Positions 12,880-26,700 of a DNA stretch of 64,000 nt are shown in pieces. Position numbers and translations under genes: made by a program. The number at the start of each line of letters is the position of its first letter. Position 1 is the stretch's first letter. Source of the stretch: Chrysemys picta bellii. Taxonomy: Eukaryota. The notes under the pieces were generated by a model. The model was not told where the DNA came from. It saw only the letters and a list, made by a program, of their open reading frames with translations, and made no database searches. Where the stretch lies: contig NC_088793.1 of the NCBI RefSeq assembly GCF_011386835.1, positions 53,692,001-53,756,000 on the forward strand, read 5' to 3'.

Positions 12880-13495
12880 TAGGAGAGGTACAGGTTATAG
12901 CCAAGAATCCAGCAAGATTTAAAAAGTGACTGGACACTTCCATGGATAAAAGGAATAGCCAGAGTTGCAGTAATAAACGCTAATAAACTGGAAGGGATAT
13001 TAAACTTCATGCTTCAGGAATTAAGACAATCTCTATCTATAAAACACTAGCATGAGACTTAGGCTTTGTCTACACCACACAGCTTTTAGTGACACGACTG
13101 TGTCGCTAAAAGTTGGCCAGCGTAAATGCTGTTTGTCCACACTTTTGCAGAATAAATACTTCACCCACTAGGAGCAGGGTTCGCATTGTTGACAGGAGAG
13201 TGCGCCTGCTGACAACGAGCCGCTTACTCTGCCACTTGCTATGGCAAAACTTTTGTCTTTCCGTGCGGGGAGGAAAGCTTTTTAAGCCCCTGTGAATGGC
13301 AAAAGTTTTGTCATTCAATTGGCAGTGTAGACAAAGCCTTAATGTTGGGACAGATTATCCCACAACTGCCTACTGTGGGATTCTTACACCTTCCCCTGAA
13401 GCATCTGGTATTGACCACTGTCAGAGACAGGACACTGGACTAAATGGACCCTGGGTCTGATCCAGTCTGGCAATCACTATGTTCCTATATTCCAT
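12880..13495 (+). mobile_element. CR1 LINE 3' end, interrupted by a Harbinger MITE
   Basis: CR1-like 3' UTR ending gaccactgtcagagacaggacactggactaaatggacc..ggtctgatccagtctggcaatcactatgttcct. Left boundary approximate. Confidence 0.7.
13062..13338. mobile_element. PIF/Harbinger MITE
   Basis: TIRs ggctttgtctacac / gtgtagacaaagcc with a 3-bp TTA TSD on both sides. Confidence 0.9.
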
Positions 13496-13552
13496 TATTT
13501 AATAACTTTAAAAAACATCATTCAGAAATGATCCCAAATTACTAATTACTTG

Positions 13553-13875
13553 TCAAAGCCGATGCGCCACTTGTTCAGGGAAAGCCCCTGGCGGGCCAGG
13601 CCGGTTTGTTTACCTGCCACGTCCGCAGGTTCGGCCGATCGCGGCTACCACTGGCTGTGGTTCGCTGCTCCAAGCCAATGGGGGCAGCGGGAAGGGCGGC
13701 CAGCACATCCCTCAGTCCACGCTGCTTCCTGCAGCCCCCATTGGCCTGGAGTGGCGAACCACGGCCAGTGGGAGCCACGATCAGCCGAACCTGCGGATGT
13801 GGCAGGTAAACAAACCGGCCCGGCCCGCCAGGGGCTTTCCCTGAACAAGTGGCGCATCGGCTTTGAGAACCACTG
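13553..13875. mobile_element. Palindromic hAT-type MITE (left TIR clipped)
   Basis: Near-perfect inverted arms of about 155 bp. Right end ..tttgagaaccactg is the reverse of CAGTGGTTCTCAAA; the left end lacks its outer ~9 nt. Confidence 0.85.
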
Positions 13876-15480
13876 CTATAGATACACACAGAGTACATTA
13901 AACATTTACCAGCCTAAATCACACAAGGCAGCAGGAAATGGCAAACAGGCAGGCAAAAGCTGTCAAGCCACCAAAGAGTTTTCTCAGCTGCAGTACTAAA
14001 ATATTGGACTTCTGTAGCATCATTCATTTTAATTTATAAAACAAAAGCTATTTTGGCAAGTTCTGCTATAGCTTTCCCACTTCAAGATTTAGGATTTTGT
14101 TCTTTTGTTTTATAAGAATCACATGTCACATCCCATTAGATTAAAATACATACACAAAGCCATTACTTTTCTGCCCGTTTATGTCAAGAAGCTAACAGTA
14201 GTATTATTTATACTTTATCTCTTTCAAAGAAAATCAGCTCTCTGGAGAATGAAGTGAGCAGACAGTATGAAACTTGCTTTGAAACTGAAGCCAAAAGGTG
14301 AAAAGATCATTGAACCTGATTGTTCAGAACAAGACACACGGCTGGTTAATCAACATTATGAACGTCAAACAACCTAGACAGCTGCACATAAACCATTATT
14401 AATTCAGCTATGCTTTGCCCTTGTCTGCATGTAATGTAGAACTTAGTTTCACTTTCAGCCATTGCTATATGTATCATATTAAGGGTTGAATTTAACTGTG
14501 AACAAAACAAGCTAGAGATGTTCTATATAGGCAATCCACTCCCACAGCCCACAAAATATTAATGAGCTGCTGAACACAGGCTGCTAGCTGTGGTGCTAAC
14601 ATATGCAATTTGCTAGATGATATTCAGGTTAGCAGCCATGTGAGTAAAATCTTTCTATGAAAGCACTTCATCTTCAGTCTTTTGAAACAAATATTAAAAA
14701 TATTCACTTTTTCTGGAAATTGATTCCCTTGATCAATGTTTTGAAGGAAAAAAAACATTATCTTAAACTCCTCAACTAGTGTGATTAATGAAAATGTGGC
14801 TGAAGACCTACAAGGTTTCCTCCCACCAAATATAGTGGAATTCTTGTTTCCATTAGTGAAAATTTTTCTGGGTGTCCACTGTAAAGAACTCTTCATTCTT
14901 CATGTTATATGCACTGATGGAAGACAAATCAGTCATATAACCCTTCAGGGCAAATATTGTCCCTTTCCTGCATTTGTACAGCACCCTACATAATAGGGTC
15001 CTAATCCCAGTTGGGGCCTTTACCACAAAATGTAATTATTTACTACTACTACTTCATTTTACAAATTTTGTAAGTAGTGATTGAGTTAAGTGGTCCACTA
15101 GTCCATATGCAGAATTTACCTCTTCTGCCACTAAAGGTTGTATCAATAATATGAACAATGCCTTAGCTGTAGAACAGGCATCCAGTAGCCTTGTTTTTTG
15201 TTTTTTTACTTTTGTGAGGGGAATTACACCTGTGTACACTAATCCATATTTGACCCATACCATAGGTTGAAATAGGTTCTGATGGGTGTTAAAATCTTTT
15301 AAAAACAATACTATTTTTATGAAAAGTTTTTGATGGTCCCGAGTAGTCAGGATTTCTTTTTCACATTCTCTCCAAAATTCTCCAGATCACTGTACGAAGG
15401 CACTGCTTAAGCACTGATTTGAAGAGAAGAAATCTACTGAATCACCAAGATCACTTTCTAAATTACCTGAAGTTTTTTAG

Positions 15481-15536
15481 AGGTCTCCCATTCAAGGATC
15501 AATCAACCCAACCTTGCTTAGCCTGCAAAGTTTGAC
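15481..15536 (-). repeat. Degenerate 5S rRNA-derived segment (SINE head or 5S pseudogene piece)
   Basis: ggtctcccattcaaggatcaatcaacccaaccttgcttagcct resembles the reverse complement of the 5S internal promoter region (ggtctcccatccaagtactaaccaggcccgaccctgcttagctt). Partial only. Confidence 0.5.
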
Positions 15537-18397
15537 AATCCAATAAATAAACTAAAACTAAATAAACTCTTAATGATCAGTTTCAGTTTGGTAGCTGTGA
15601 CTGGAGATGGTTCCTATTTCCAACAAAGGCTATTCCTTTTGATATACAAGCAGATGATTAAGAAGAGCACAAGCTGTTTTTCCTCAGATATTTTCCCAAT
15701 GGAAGCTTATGTAGGCTGATCACAGGAATTCTTAAAGAAGAATATTATTGAATTATGAAACCTGTAAAGGTGGTAAGCAATTACTTTTTCATATTAGAAT
15801 GCTATCCTTGGGCAGTTGATTTGTGATTTAAAAAAAAGGTGTATCTCCTTTTAAATTAATTATTTCTTTAAAATGGTTTGCAAAACTCTTAGCACAGTTC
15901 CAGCATCTTGTCTTTTTCCTTTATTTAATTTTAATATTGGCATGCTGTTTAAATTTGTGTTCTTGATTATATCTTATTTTTTCTCAATGGGAGGGATTCC
16001 AGAAGATAAACACAAGGAAAATGTAACACTAACGATTTGCTAATGATAGGATTATACTGATTAGGATCTAAGTTAGAGGGATAAGATGTTATCTGCCTCA
16101 TTCTCAAAAACTTGCAGGAGATGCAGATGACTATTTTGGGGCTGGAAACGATCAGCTGCTAAATACTCACAGTGGATAGCACACTACCTATTATATAACA
16201 TAAGTACATCTAAACTTTAACACAATCACATTTTCGTGCAAATAAACATTAGTATGTTAATTCCTAACCGATAACCACTTATTATCTTTTCCTCATCTAG
16301 AACTCGATTCAAAGCCTATGAAAATCAATAGAAAAACTCATATTGACTGCAGTGGATTTTGGATTGGGCCCCAAATGCCTAGAGTTACATGTATTATAAG
16401 GAGCGATACAATCCCAACTACAATAAACACACAGAATTTTTTTTACCGTTTCCCAGTTTAGAGTCAAATAAATTATTCAAGAACTTGTAAAAGTTTTTTA
16501 CTTGACCATTGCTTTAGCTACAAATTCTTTCATCTAAGTCACTTTGAGATGAGCCCCTTTAAATAATTTGTTGCCTGCTATATTAGGCAAGAGTTATGAT
16601 GCTGCTGAGTGTTCTGGAAAGTCCGGTTTAGCTCCTGACACACTAATAAATTATCTGTCCTTCCTCTTGGGTCTGTCCAGAAATTTGCTAGTGATCTGAG
16701 CTTAGAGATTTAGCACTTGGCCAAATCAGTCTTTTTCAGCTTGCTCACTCTCTTCAGCAGGTTCTCTTATTCTCTCCTCAATTGCTTTGTCCACAATACT
16801 GTTTATATGCCTTTTATCAAACATTCTGTGCCTGACCATAAAAACCAAGATGGCAAACTACAGGCCAATTTCCCCAACATACTAGACTAGCCCCTCCTCA
16901 AGGACAATAAATACTGTGCGAATCTGCCAAGGACCTGTAAACAACTTTTAAAGATATATACAGTTGATCTGGTTGGAAAATGGTAAATATTTAAAAAAAA
17001 AAAAAATATATTGAAGAGAAATTAGTGTGTGTGGGGGGGAGGGGGGGTTGGTTTGGGTTTTTTTGCAAATTGTCATTGAAATTTTCGTTTTGCTTGCCTT
17101 TTTTCCATTTTTTTGTCAAACCAGAGAATTTCAAATGAAAAAAAAAAATCACCAAGAAAAAGGTAATTTTCATCATTGTCATTAAAAAAAGTTTTCCCAG
17201 GAAATTTGTGACTACTTCTAATATATAGTATTAAACCATATATGCAAATACTTGGTTTGTGATTGACAAGGGTTAATAATTATAAACATAGTTATATTTA
17301 TTTGAGAATCTGGGTTAACCAGGTTTATGTTGCAAACTTTTTCTTAAAATTCCGTGAAACAACTACAGAATAACAATTACTACTACAAGGCTTAGGCCTT
17401 GTTTGCAGGGGGAACTGCACCCAGGTTCAGATCAGGTCAGATAGAATGTTTAAAGGAAAACTGTGTTCCAGCCAGAAGAGTGAGTCAAGAATCTGAACAG
17501 AGTTTGGGCAGTGCAATGATAGTCAGATGTTTTCTGCCATAGACAAGCTTATTCTCTAGACATGCTTAATGCCACTTTTTTCAGGGTCTTCAAAAGAAAC
17601 AAATCTCCACTGTCATTCTGTCAAAAATCATGTTAAAAACAAACATTTTCCATTAACCTCTGAGTTCACCAGGTAGTCTAGCTTTGGTCTACACAGAAAT
17701 GCTGCAGACCTTTGTTTGAAAGAGTCATTTTTAAAGAAAGGGCTATAAAATGTGTATGTATGCACATGTGCACGCATGTGTTAGAATCAGAGTAGAAGGA
17801 CATTTTACAACTATCAAAATGGCTTGTTAGCAAATATGTGAGTGTCTGTGTGTACAAATGTGTATATGGAACAAGGAGGGAGGACGGAGTAGGTGTCCAT
17901 GCTGTAGCATCCCAAAATATTATAATAATAATAAAAAACAGGTAAAGGGTCAGATACGTCTGTGCTGACACGTGATTGGTCTTATACCTACTTGTAGGAC
18001 TAGTCTAGTAAGAATGATAACTTGCAGTTAGAAAGCATAGCATATTCCTCTTTTGATTGTCTCCTGCACTGATCTTGACTATTTTTCTGTTCCTACATTT
18101 TACCCTACTTCTCAAGCATTTTGGTTTGGTCACAGAAGACAAACTATTTTTCATTCAGGACTCACTTTTGCTGAGAATTGACAGATCAGAACTCCAATCC
18201 ACTAAGGTTATGATAAATTAATTAACTGGTCTTGGCACATCTCATTGCCAGTCTAACAGGATTTAGCATCGTCGTACTGCATCTGGCTATCAAGATCAAA
18301 AATTTCAAAGTTGTGTGCCTTACGGTTGCCAATTTTGGTTGGATGTATTTCTGGAGATTTCATAACATGACATAAGCTTTAATTAAAAGTTAATTTT

Positions 18398-19012
18398 TAG
18401 GGCTGTTGATTAATTGCAGTTAACTCACACAATTGACTAAAAAAAGTATTCACAATGAAAAAACCAATCGCGATTAATTACACTTTTAAACAATGGAATT
18501 CCAATAGAAATCTATTAAATATTTTTGGATGGTTTTTCTACATTTTCAAATATATTTATTTCTATTACAACACAGAATACAAAGTGTACACTGCTCACTT
18601 TATATTTTGATTACAAACATTTGTACTGTAAAAATGATAAACAAAAGAAATAGTATTTTTCAGTTCTCCTCATACAAGTACTGTAGTGCAATCTCTTTAT
18701 CGTGAAAATGTAACTTACAAATATAGATGTGGGGGGGTTGTACATAATTCTACACTTGTAAGTTCAATTCTCATGATAAAGAGATTGTACTGCAGTATTT
18801 GTATAAGGTGTATTGAAAAATACTATTTTGTTTCTTACAGTGCAAATATTTGTAATAAAAATAAATTGAGCACTGTACACTTTGTATTCTGTGTCTCTGA
18901 AATCCATATATTTAGAAATGTAAAAAAAAATCCCAAAATATTTAAATAAATGGTATTCTATTATTGTTTAACAGTGTGATTAATCGCACGATTAATCAAG
19001 ATTAATTTTTTC
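18398..19012. mobile_element. Non-autonomous hAT-like DNA transposon, right terminus missing
   Basis: Starts tagggctgttgattaattgcagttaactc; subterminal gattaatcgc repeats at both ends; AT-rich interior. Confidence 0.7.
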
Positions 19013-19453
19013 AATTTAAATGTTTCACAAATCAAGTGTTTCCGAAAGAACATCTATTTTGTTGCTGCTTTTTAAAGAAAGCAATACACTTGGTTAAGAA
19101 TGCCATCAGGGCTGACATTTTTCTCCAAGTGAGCAAGCTTAATCACTAATGCATAAAATTGCCATGGTTTGCATGAATGTACAACTTTAACTATGTAAAT
19201 GGCAAAAGAGAGCAGAAGTTTTTCCATCTTTGCCTACTCTGGGCATGCAGCCAAAGAAGTGATAAAAGCTGGTTTGTTCTTAAACATCAAACATATAACA
19301 GCAGCAGTTTTGAGTTTTGTTTTAGCTACAAATGAGGTGAGTTGTAAGTTCTTAAACTTTGTTAACATTTGAAAGGTTTCATTATAATTTGGGTAATATG
19401 TGTTCAAATGAAATGTGTACATCCTAGTTTTGGGATAAGAAATGTGCAAATTC

Positions 19454-20075
19454 AAAGACTTTAAGGCCAAAAGGGACCATCATGATCATCTAGTCTGACC
19501 TCCTAGTCTAGTCTGACCTACACATTGCAGGCCACAGAACATCACCTACCCATTCCTGCAATAGACCCCTAATCTCTCACTGAGTTATTGAAGTCCTCAA
19601 ATCATGATTTAAATACTTGAAGTGACAGAATCCACCATTTACTCCAGTTTAAACCTGTAAGTGACCCTTGACCCCAGGGACAGTTCTAGCTTTTTTGCCA
19701 CCCCAAGCACGGCAAGCAGACTGCCTTCAGCGGCCTGCTTGCGGGAGGTCCGCCGGTCCAGCAGCTTCGGCATACCCGCCACTGAATCCCCGGGACTAGC
19801 GGACCTCCTGCAGGCAAGCCGCCGAAGGCTGCCTGACTGCCACCCTCACAGGGATCGGCTTGACCCATGCTGCACAGGAAGGCGAAAACCTCCAGGGGTA
19901 CTGTCAATCTGACCTAGGAAAAATATCCTTCCCAACACCAGATATGGAAATCCAGACCCTGAGCATGTGGGCAAGACTCACCAGCCAGATCCCTGGCAAA
20001 TAATTGTCTGTAGTAACTCAGAGCCCTCCCCATCTAGTGTCCCATTACTGGCCGCTGGAGATATTTGTTGCTAGT
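19454..20075 (-). mobile_element. CR1 LINE 3' fragment containing a nested hAT MITE
   Basis: Reverse CR1 end aagactttaaggcc..agggaccatcatgatcatctagtctgacc; continues after 19866. Confidence 0.75.
19675..19858. mobile_element. One-ended hAT-type MITE
   Basis: Begins cagggacagttctag..tttgccaccccaagc, flanked by a perfect 8-bp direct repeat CTTGACCC (19667-19674 / 19859-19866). No right TIR. Confidence 0.7.
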
Positions 20076-20549
20076 ATATAACATAATATATTTTAACCAA
20101 GTACTTCCCCCACCCCTTTCCTTTAAAGCTTCAACTAAAATAAGATTTTTTGTTTGTAACTGTGATTTTATGAACCAATGTCTAATCCTAGGCAGAATTG
20201 GTTCATAAAATGGAAGCATTATATTGTGATAATTGGGCTTATAAATTTACTGTAATTGTAAGCACAATTGTAAAAAAGTATATGGAAATTCATAAAATGT
20301 CACAATAACATAAAATAACAAATGTCAATAAAGTAAGTTAAGTTGCTTTAAATAAGAATGTTATAAACAGGTGCAAGAGACCCAGAGAGACTAAATTAAT
20401 CCAAACAAAAAGGCCATGTTGATATAGTTCAAGGACTGTGTTGAAATCATGCTTGGTAAGAACAGAGGATATGAAATAGAAAAGGAATGACCTAACTTTA
20501 GCATGTCAGACAGTAGGCCTAATTAGTGGGAAAAAATAGTTAGGGGATA

Positions 20550-21226
20550 TGTAGTGGGGTGAACACCCTCTCCAGCCCGGAAGGGGTTGTAAAAGCCCTG
20601 CAGAGGGCTGGGGCTGCAAAAGGGGGTAAAACCCTGGCTGATTGGGGGAAGTGGCTGCAACTGGGGCCACGCCCCAAACTAAGGAACTGAGCCTTATAAG
20701 GTGGTCTGGGAAGCCAGAAGCAGCAGTCTCTCTCTGACTGGAGAGGGAGACAGGCCTGGCTGCTTGGGAATTCACCCAGGGGACCTAGAGGAAGGCAGGG
20801 CTGGGGAAAGGCCTTAGGAGCAGGGAAGCCCTAGGCCAGCAACTCCCCAGGCTGCTGGGCCTAGTTCTAGGCCCACCTAGGTATTGGGCTTTCAGAGGGG
20901 CAGCCGGAGGGTGGGTAAAGGCAGCCAGTCCAAACCCCTTGTTGCCTGTGATGATCGGCTGATAGCCTGCAGTCCGCCCCAGGGCGCGGGGGCTAAACAG
21001 AGACTGGCAGTAGCCATGACTGAGGCGATGTGGGGATAGTGGGTGAGGAAATACAGAGAAAGTGGGGTATTGCAGCATCCAAGACAAGGGCACCCGGGTC
21101 CTGGGAGGGACATGGGTGACAATGGCAAGTGGATCACTGGCCTGCAGAGGGCGCTCCTGGGTCAAAGAGCTAACTCCCAAGGACGACCAGTAGGAGGCGC
21201 CACAGGGGTGAGTCTGCACTGCTACA
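20550..21226 (+). mobile_element. Solo LTR (677 bp), same family as 11092-11773
   Basis: TGTAG...CTACA termini, TSD GGATA/GGACA. Shared blocks gctgattgggg.aagt.gc, gggtcctgggagggacatgg, cagagggcgctcc, caggggtgagtctg. Confidence 0.85.
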
Positions 21227-21515
21227 GGACAGTGGTAAAGAATAGAAAGGAGACAGAAAGAAAACAGATGGAGACAACTGGAGTGAACTTCACCATAATA
21301 GCTGCCACCCCTATAGTCTCTTGGGACTCTAGACCTTCTTTGTCCTAATCTCGAAGGATGTTCCAACCATCTTCGGCCAGAGGGAGGGATCCAGATGACA
21401 TTACCCCTCCTAGCTCCAGTTGAATCCCAAACACTTCCTGAGACTAAATGATATCAGACTTAAACAGCACTAGCACACACCAAATAACCTCTTCTCTTTA
21501 AACAAAAAGGATAGT

Positions 21516-22437
21516 TGTCAAGGCTAATTCCCCACTCTGGCACTTTGAGTGCAGAAGGTGGGGGCCCGCAAGGATTCTAAAAATTAATAATGACCATCCC
21601 AGGCGTGTATTAAACTCCCAAGGTTACTCTTCTCTGACCTTGGAGTGGTAGATGCTGCCACCACCCAAGTGCCGAACCCCTTTGATAGCCCAGGAAGGCG
21701 CACTTGAGAATTCCTACCTGTGGGGTAGCCTCAAGCTCTTTCACCCCCCTCCAGAGAAGAGTTGAGAAAGGAAAAAGGGAAATTAGCTGTTATCACCAGC
21801 TAATTAAACAATATGTGCACAAACCTCTTAAGACACAAAAATTCAATTATATTCTTTAAAAATGTTATAAAAAAGAAAGTAAATATATCTGGGAACTCAG
21901 GCTATTGCTAGATTTAATAAGAGCAACTACAGGGATTAAGCACCAAGAATAACTTTCTTGAGGCCCAGCTTAAAGGTTAGAAGCAAAACAAAAGATCCTG
22001 GGGTTAGCACAGAGGAATCCACAAGCCATAACGAAATAAAAGGGATAAACCTAATCACATCTTCCTAGACATTTCCTGATCTACTTACATATCTGGGGTT
22101 TTAAATGAGTAGTTTCTAGTTATGATACTGATTTTTTTTTTCATATCTGGCCCAAGCTTCTTACAGCATAGCTGCTGCCCTGTCCCCTTTCCCTGGGAGA
22201 AAAACAGACAGACAAAAGGGGAGTCTTTTTTTAATTTTAAAAAGTTCTAGCCTTCCCATTGGCTCTTTTGGCCAGGTGCCCACTCACTTCCTTTTATGTA
22301 TACATATCAGTGAGATTTTGTTAATCCTTTACAGGTAGAGCAATTAGAGAACAGCTACTAAGAGGGATTTTATAGCGACTGGCTGACTTGATGTCCATAA
22401 AAGGGAGCTACTCCCCCCCACCCCTTCACTTATTACA
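21516..22437. mobile_element. Solo LTR (922 bp)
   Basis: TGTCA...TTACA termini with perfect 5-bp TSD ATAGT (21511-21515 / 22438-22442). Confidence 0.8.
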
Positions 22438-23019
22438 ATAGTTATTGCCATTTTTGACACCATTTAAGAGATCTTCAAGCAAAGTCGGGGGGGGGGGGGG
22501 GGGGAACGCCTTTTAAATCTCACTCCTTCCCCAGAGCCACCCCCCCGAAACAGCGGTATTGAACCTTGGTTATATATTATAGCGGTCCCCTATGGTAGTA
22601 TAATTAAGGTAAAAGAAATATGTCTTTTTTGCTAGAAGTAGAATAAGATCTTCCCCCACACTTGGTAATCAATTGCCTTGTTGAATGAATGAGGTCTGAA
22701 TGAGGAAGGCGTGGAAGGCAAGCACCTCCAGACAGCTGCAACCCTTGGAGAGGGGATGGGAGCCAGACCAGATCAGTAGAACAGGTCAGCCACTGACTCG
22801 CCGCTCACCTCCTCAGCCCCCTTCCCCCAGCTCGCCTACTCACCCCCCGCCCCTGCCCACCTGCTCGCGTCCCTAGCCGCCTCCTCCTCCACCGCCGGCT
22901 CACCTGCCCCCCGGCCACTGCCCGCCCGCTTGCCTCCTCAGCCCCCCACACCCTCCAGCTCACCTACTTACCCCCCATCACTGCCTGCTCTCCTCCTCAG
23001 CCCCTGGGCCACATGTTGT

Positions 23020-23153
23020 GTAGGCCTGATCTAGACCAACCCCCTGCTCAAAGCAGGATCAATCTCCAACTAAATCATCCCAGCCAGGGCTTTGCCAAGT
23101 CTGATTTTAAAAACCTTTAAGGAAGGAGATTCCACCACCTACCTAGGTAACCC
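23020..23153 (-). mobile_element. CR1 LINE 3' fragment
   Basis: atctagaccaaccccctgctcaaagcagga...aaggaaggagattccaccacctacctaggtaaccc is a reverse CR1 end. Confidence 0.7.
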
Positions 23154-23454
23154 ACTGCCTAATGTGCCAATGAGATAGAAACTCATTCCCCCAGGAGAGT
23201 GCCCTTGCCAATGGGCTATTCCAGAGCAGGTCTCTCACAATCTCTCCTCTCGTAGTTGTTCCACTTAGTATAAACAATTGAATATGTACTGTACTGGGGC
23301 ATAGAGAAAGTATGAGTAACTCCATAACAAAAGTTTTATCCAGTGTTCGTCCATCCTGTCATAGGAGCTCTAACATTTAAAAAAAAGTAAACATTGTTTT
23401 TAACAAATATTTTTAAAGGGCCGATCTACACCCACACATACAGATGCTATCTTA

Positions 23455-23723
23455 GGGTATGTCTATACTACCCGCTGGATCAGCAGGCATCGATCAATCC
23501 AGTGGGGGTCGATTTATCGCATCTAATCTAGACACGATAAATTGACCCCCGAGTGCTCTCCTGTCAACTCCAGTCCTCCATCAGGGTGAGAGGCACAGGT
23601 GGAGTTGACAGGGGAGTGTCATCAGTCGACTCACTGCAGTAAAGACACGGTGGTAAGTACATCTAAGTATGTCGACTTAGTAGCTTAGATCAACCTCACC
23701 CCCGCCCCAGGGTAGACCAGGCC
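23455..23723. mobile_element. PIF/Harbinger MITE
   Basis: Imperfect TIRs gggtatgtctatact / gggtagaccaggcc with TTA TSD on both sides. Confidence 0.75.
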
Positions 23724-26700
23724 TTACAGTATTGTCTCAGGGTTTTTTATTATTATTTACCTAGTTAGTTAAATAAGAAATGACTAGCAAGTTTTCCTAC
23801 TTTTTTTTGCCTTCCTATTAGAAACAGTAAGAAATGGATATTTTAAATTTGACTAAGTTGTATGAAATTATGCAAATGTGTTTAAATGTGTTTGTATTGT
23901 CTGTGGCCTTCAGTCACTGTACACAATTGGCTTCACTAACTATTGGTCATGTACTGTATTTTATTTGTATAATGAATTAGATTTGACATCTCATCAGTGC
24001 CAATACTTAACAGTATTTTGTTAATTAAAATTGGATTGGTATTTGCTTATACATAAACTACATGTTGGCTAATTAACTCCAAAAAATTAGTATCTCTATG
24101 TTTTAGCTGTGTGTGCTACTAATCATGTGGTTAAAAGGAAAGAATAAAAAGGGATAAAATTAGACACAGATGTTCTTTAGTTAATAGTTTAAACATATTC
24201 TAAACCATGTCTTTTCTACTTTTGATTTCATCCTACAATTTGTGATTTCTTTTGCTGTGCAAGCCATTCTCCACAGTGACAGTTGGATACAATTTTATAC
24301 ATAATAATACACATAACTAACACAGATTATGACACTCAAAAGAAACAGTCCATGTCAGCTCTTTCTCAAGTTGTTCACAGTAGACCAATTGTCCTTGAAG
24401 AAGCTTCCTCTAATTAAATACTATCTTGCCTTTTGTGTAGAGCAATCATATTGGCAGGAATTGATTGGGCGTGTTAGACACTTCATTTAGTTAGTAGAAA
24501 AATCCTTTAATTAAAATAATCTTACTGCTGTTAAAATTAATTGCATCCCATGCAAACTTGCCAGCTAGAATTTAAAGTTCAGCTTCAGTAATATTTTTGT
24601 TCAGGAGAAAAAAATATCTTTCAATATTAGGGAGACTCACTGATACCAAGCCCTGATTAGTTTATTAGGGAACTTTGTGTTTTCTCTAAAATCTTTTTAT
24701 TATTAATTATTATTATTGCTATTAGACTTGAGCACCAAACAAATCCCCAGATCCAGAGATTCCAAATTCTGAGGAAGTGAAGACCCAGATCCGCTTCTAG
24801 ACAGGGCTATTTGTTATTCATGACACTAATATGTATATTGACTACAATAGGGTCTATGTTCCTAAATCATTAAAGTGCTTTTATAAATCCCACATTTAAG
24901 TGCCTATATATGGATTTAATAGCCCAACTTTAGGTCCTCTTTTAGAAAATTTTGGCTAGTGGGACTACTTATTTTGCATAAAGTTAAGCTCCTATGTGAG
25001 TCTTTGCAGGATTGGAGCCAGTAATAGCAAACATCTACATTGATGCACTATACAAGATCATAGGTATGAACTGGTTAAAGAACTTCCCTGGTATCATTAT
25101 AGTTTCCCGTACAGTAGGTATGTTGGATGAATTGCTACTGAAGTATGTGCTCCAGCATGTGATGCTGTCAACATTTACAGCTCTGCTCTCTGAGGTGAAA
25201 GGAATAGCATTTTTAGCATTGTTGCCTTCAAAGCAGGCATTGTTGATAAACCCCACCTTCCAAGACTATGTAGCCACCTCAACAAATATGGATAATAGAG
25301 GTAAAATATTCACCAGATAAGTGCTACCTGGAGGAATCCACTCCATTAGGGTGGAGGGTCCCAGAGCCCAGGTTCCAGCCAAGCATCTACATTGCAGTTA
25401 AAAAGCTCCATAGCCCAAGCCCTGCAAGCCTGAATCAGCTGACAGGGACCAGGAATGGCTGTTTAATTGCAGTGTAAACATACCCTTAGCCCCCCTTCTT
25501 TCCACAGGCAGAGAAGAATAAAGCAGCTTACTCTTCTACAAAGACCCAATTTTCCCTTTTTTGTAGAACTGATGGCGAAAGTCTCTCTTTTTACCTAGAA
25601 AGATTAAAAGATGAATATCATGGAGTCCTTTAAACTAGAGGTACCCAGGAACTGCAAATCCACAACCCCCAGGATCACATATTCAAGGAGATGTGGTAAC
25701 ACCCTCATTCCACTTTGACTATTTTTAAGGTATCAGAACAGAATGCATCCACAGCAGAATACACTCAGGAAGATTTCTGTTTTCTCCACTCTTCACATTC
25801 TGAGGCAAACCCTCTTCTCCCAAGTCATTGTTGCCTCTTACCCCTAAAATAAATACGGTGCTCTGGGATAGACTGAGTCTATGTAGAGTTGTGCTCCTCT
25901 GTGAAAAGGATCTCTTCAAGGTCTGTTCATGTTCTCATTGTATACCGTGGCACTACACCAGTTCCTATCCAGCCAGATCATTCCACAGTACTTATTTGGA
26001 CAAGGAGATAGAGGAAAAACAGTACAAAAATACAGAAAATGTTAAAACAGCCTGATACAATATAGAATTTAGAAAGAAGGCAGATAGACTCTTGAACACT
26101 AAACATATTGGGTTGATTTACAATGCAGTGCTGTACTTGTGGGAACTCTAGACAGTTTGTGACCTACAGTAGGTTAAGTCCCTATTTTTTCCTTGGTTCT
26201 TGATTTCCACACAAAAAATTAACCCTACTGAAAAAACCCTCTTATGTTGAAAAAGCCCTCTTTTCCTCATCATTCAGCAGGTACATGAAAAAACAAAGAC
26301 TGTGAAAATGCTCTAACTGATATTTCAAAGTGAAACATGATACCAATATTCAAATTCTGTCTATTTAAAATGGAGCAAAGGATTCCCACTGCGTTTGGAT
26401 ATTTATAAATATGCTCACATTTCCTAGTATTTCAGATCTCTATTTGAAGCTCTGCATAGTGACTATATTTGGCCCTTATGAATAAATTTCAAAGAAAAAC
26501 TGCATCTGTGGTGAATAAATATACATTGAATGGCATCCTTAAAGACACTGTAGTTTGCTTGAATGTTTATATCACATTAATGGCTACGGATTTACAGGTT
26601 TCTCTTTAAATAATCTAATATAATGCAAAAATACACCGATATATAATCATAGCGCCATCACAGATGTACAAGACAGAGTTCGGTAACATTTAGGATTCAT

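Noticed and set aside
13550-13999. Overlapping ORFs on both strands (likewise 34057-34482, 38750-39391, 48337-49172)
   Set aside because: Artefacts of GC-rich palindromic MITEs, LTRs and adjacent GC-rich sequence.
15481-15536. Functional 5S rRNA gene
   Set aside because: Less than half length and heavily diverged.
11092-21226. One full-length provirus bounded by the two similar LTRs
   Set aside because: Each LTR has its own TSD (CCCTA versus GGATA/GGACA), and no gag/pol lies between them.
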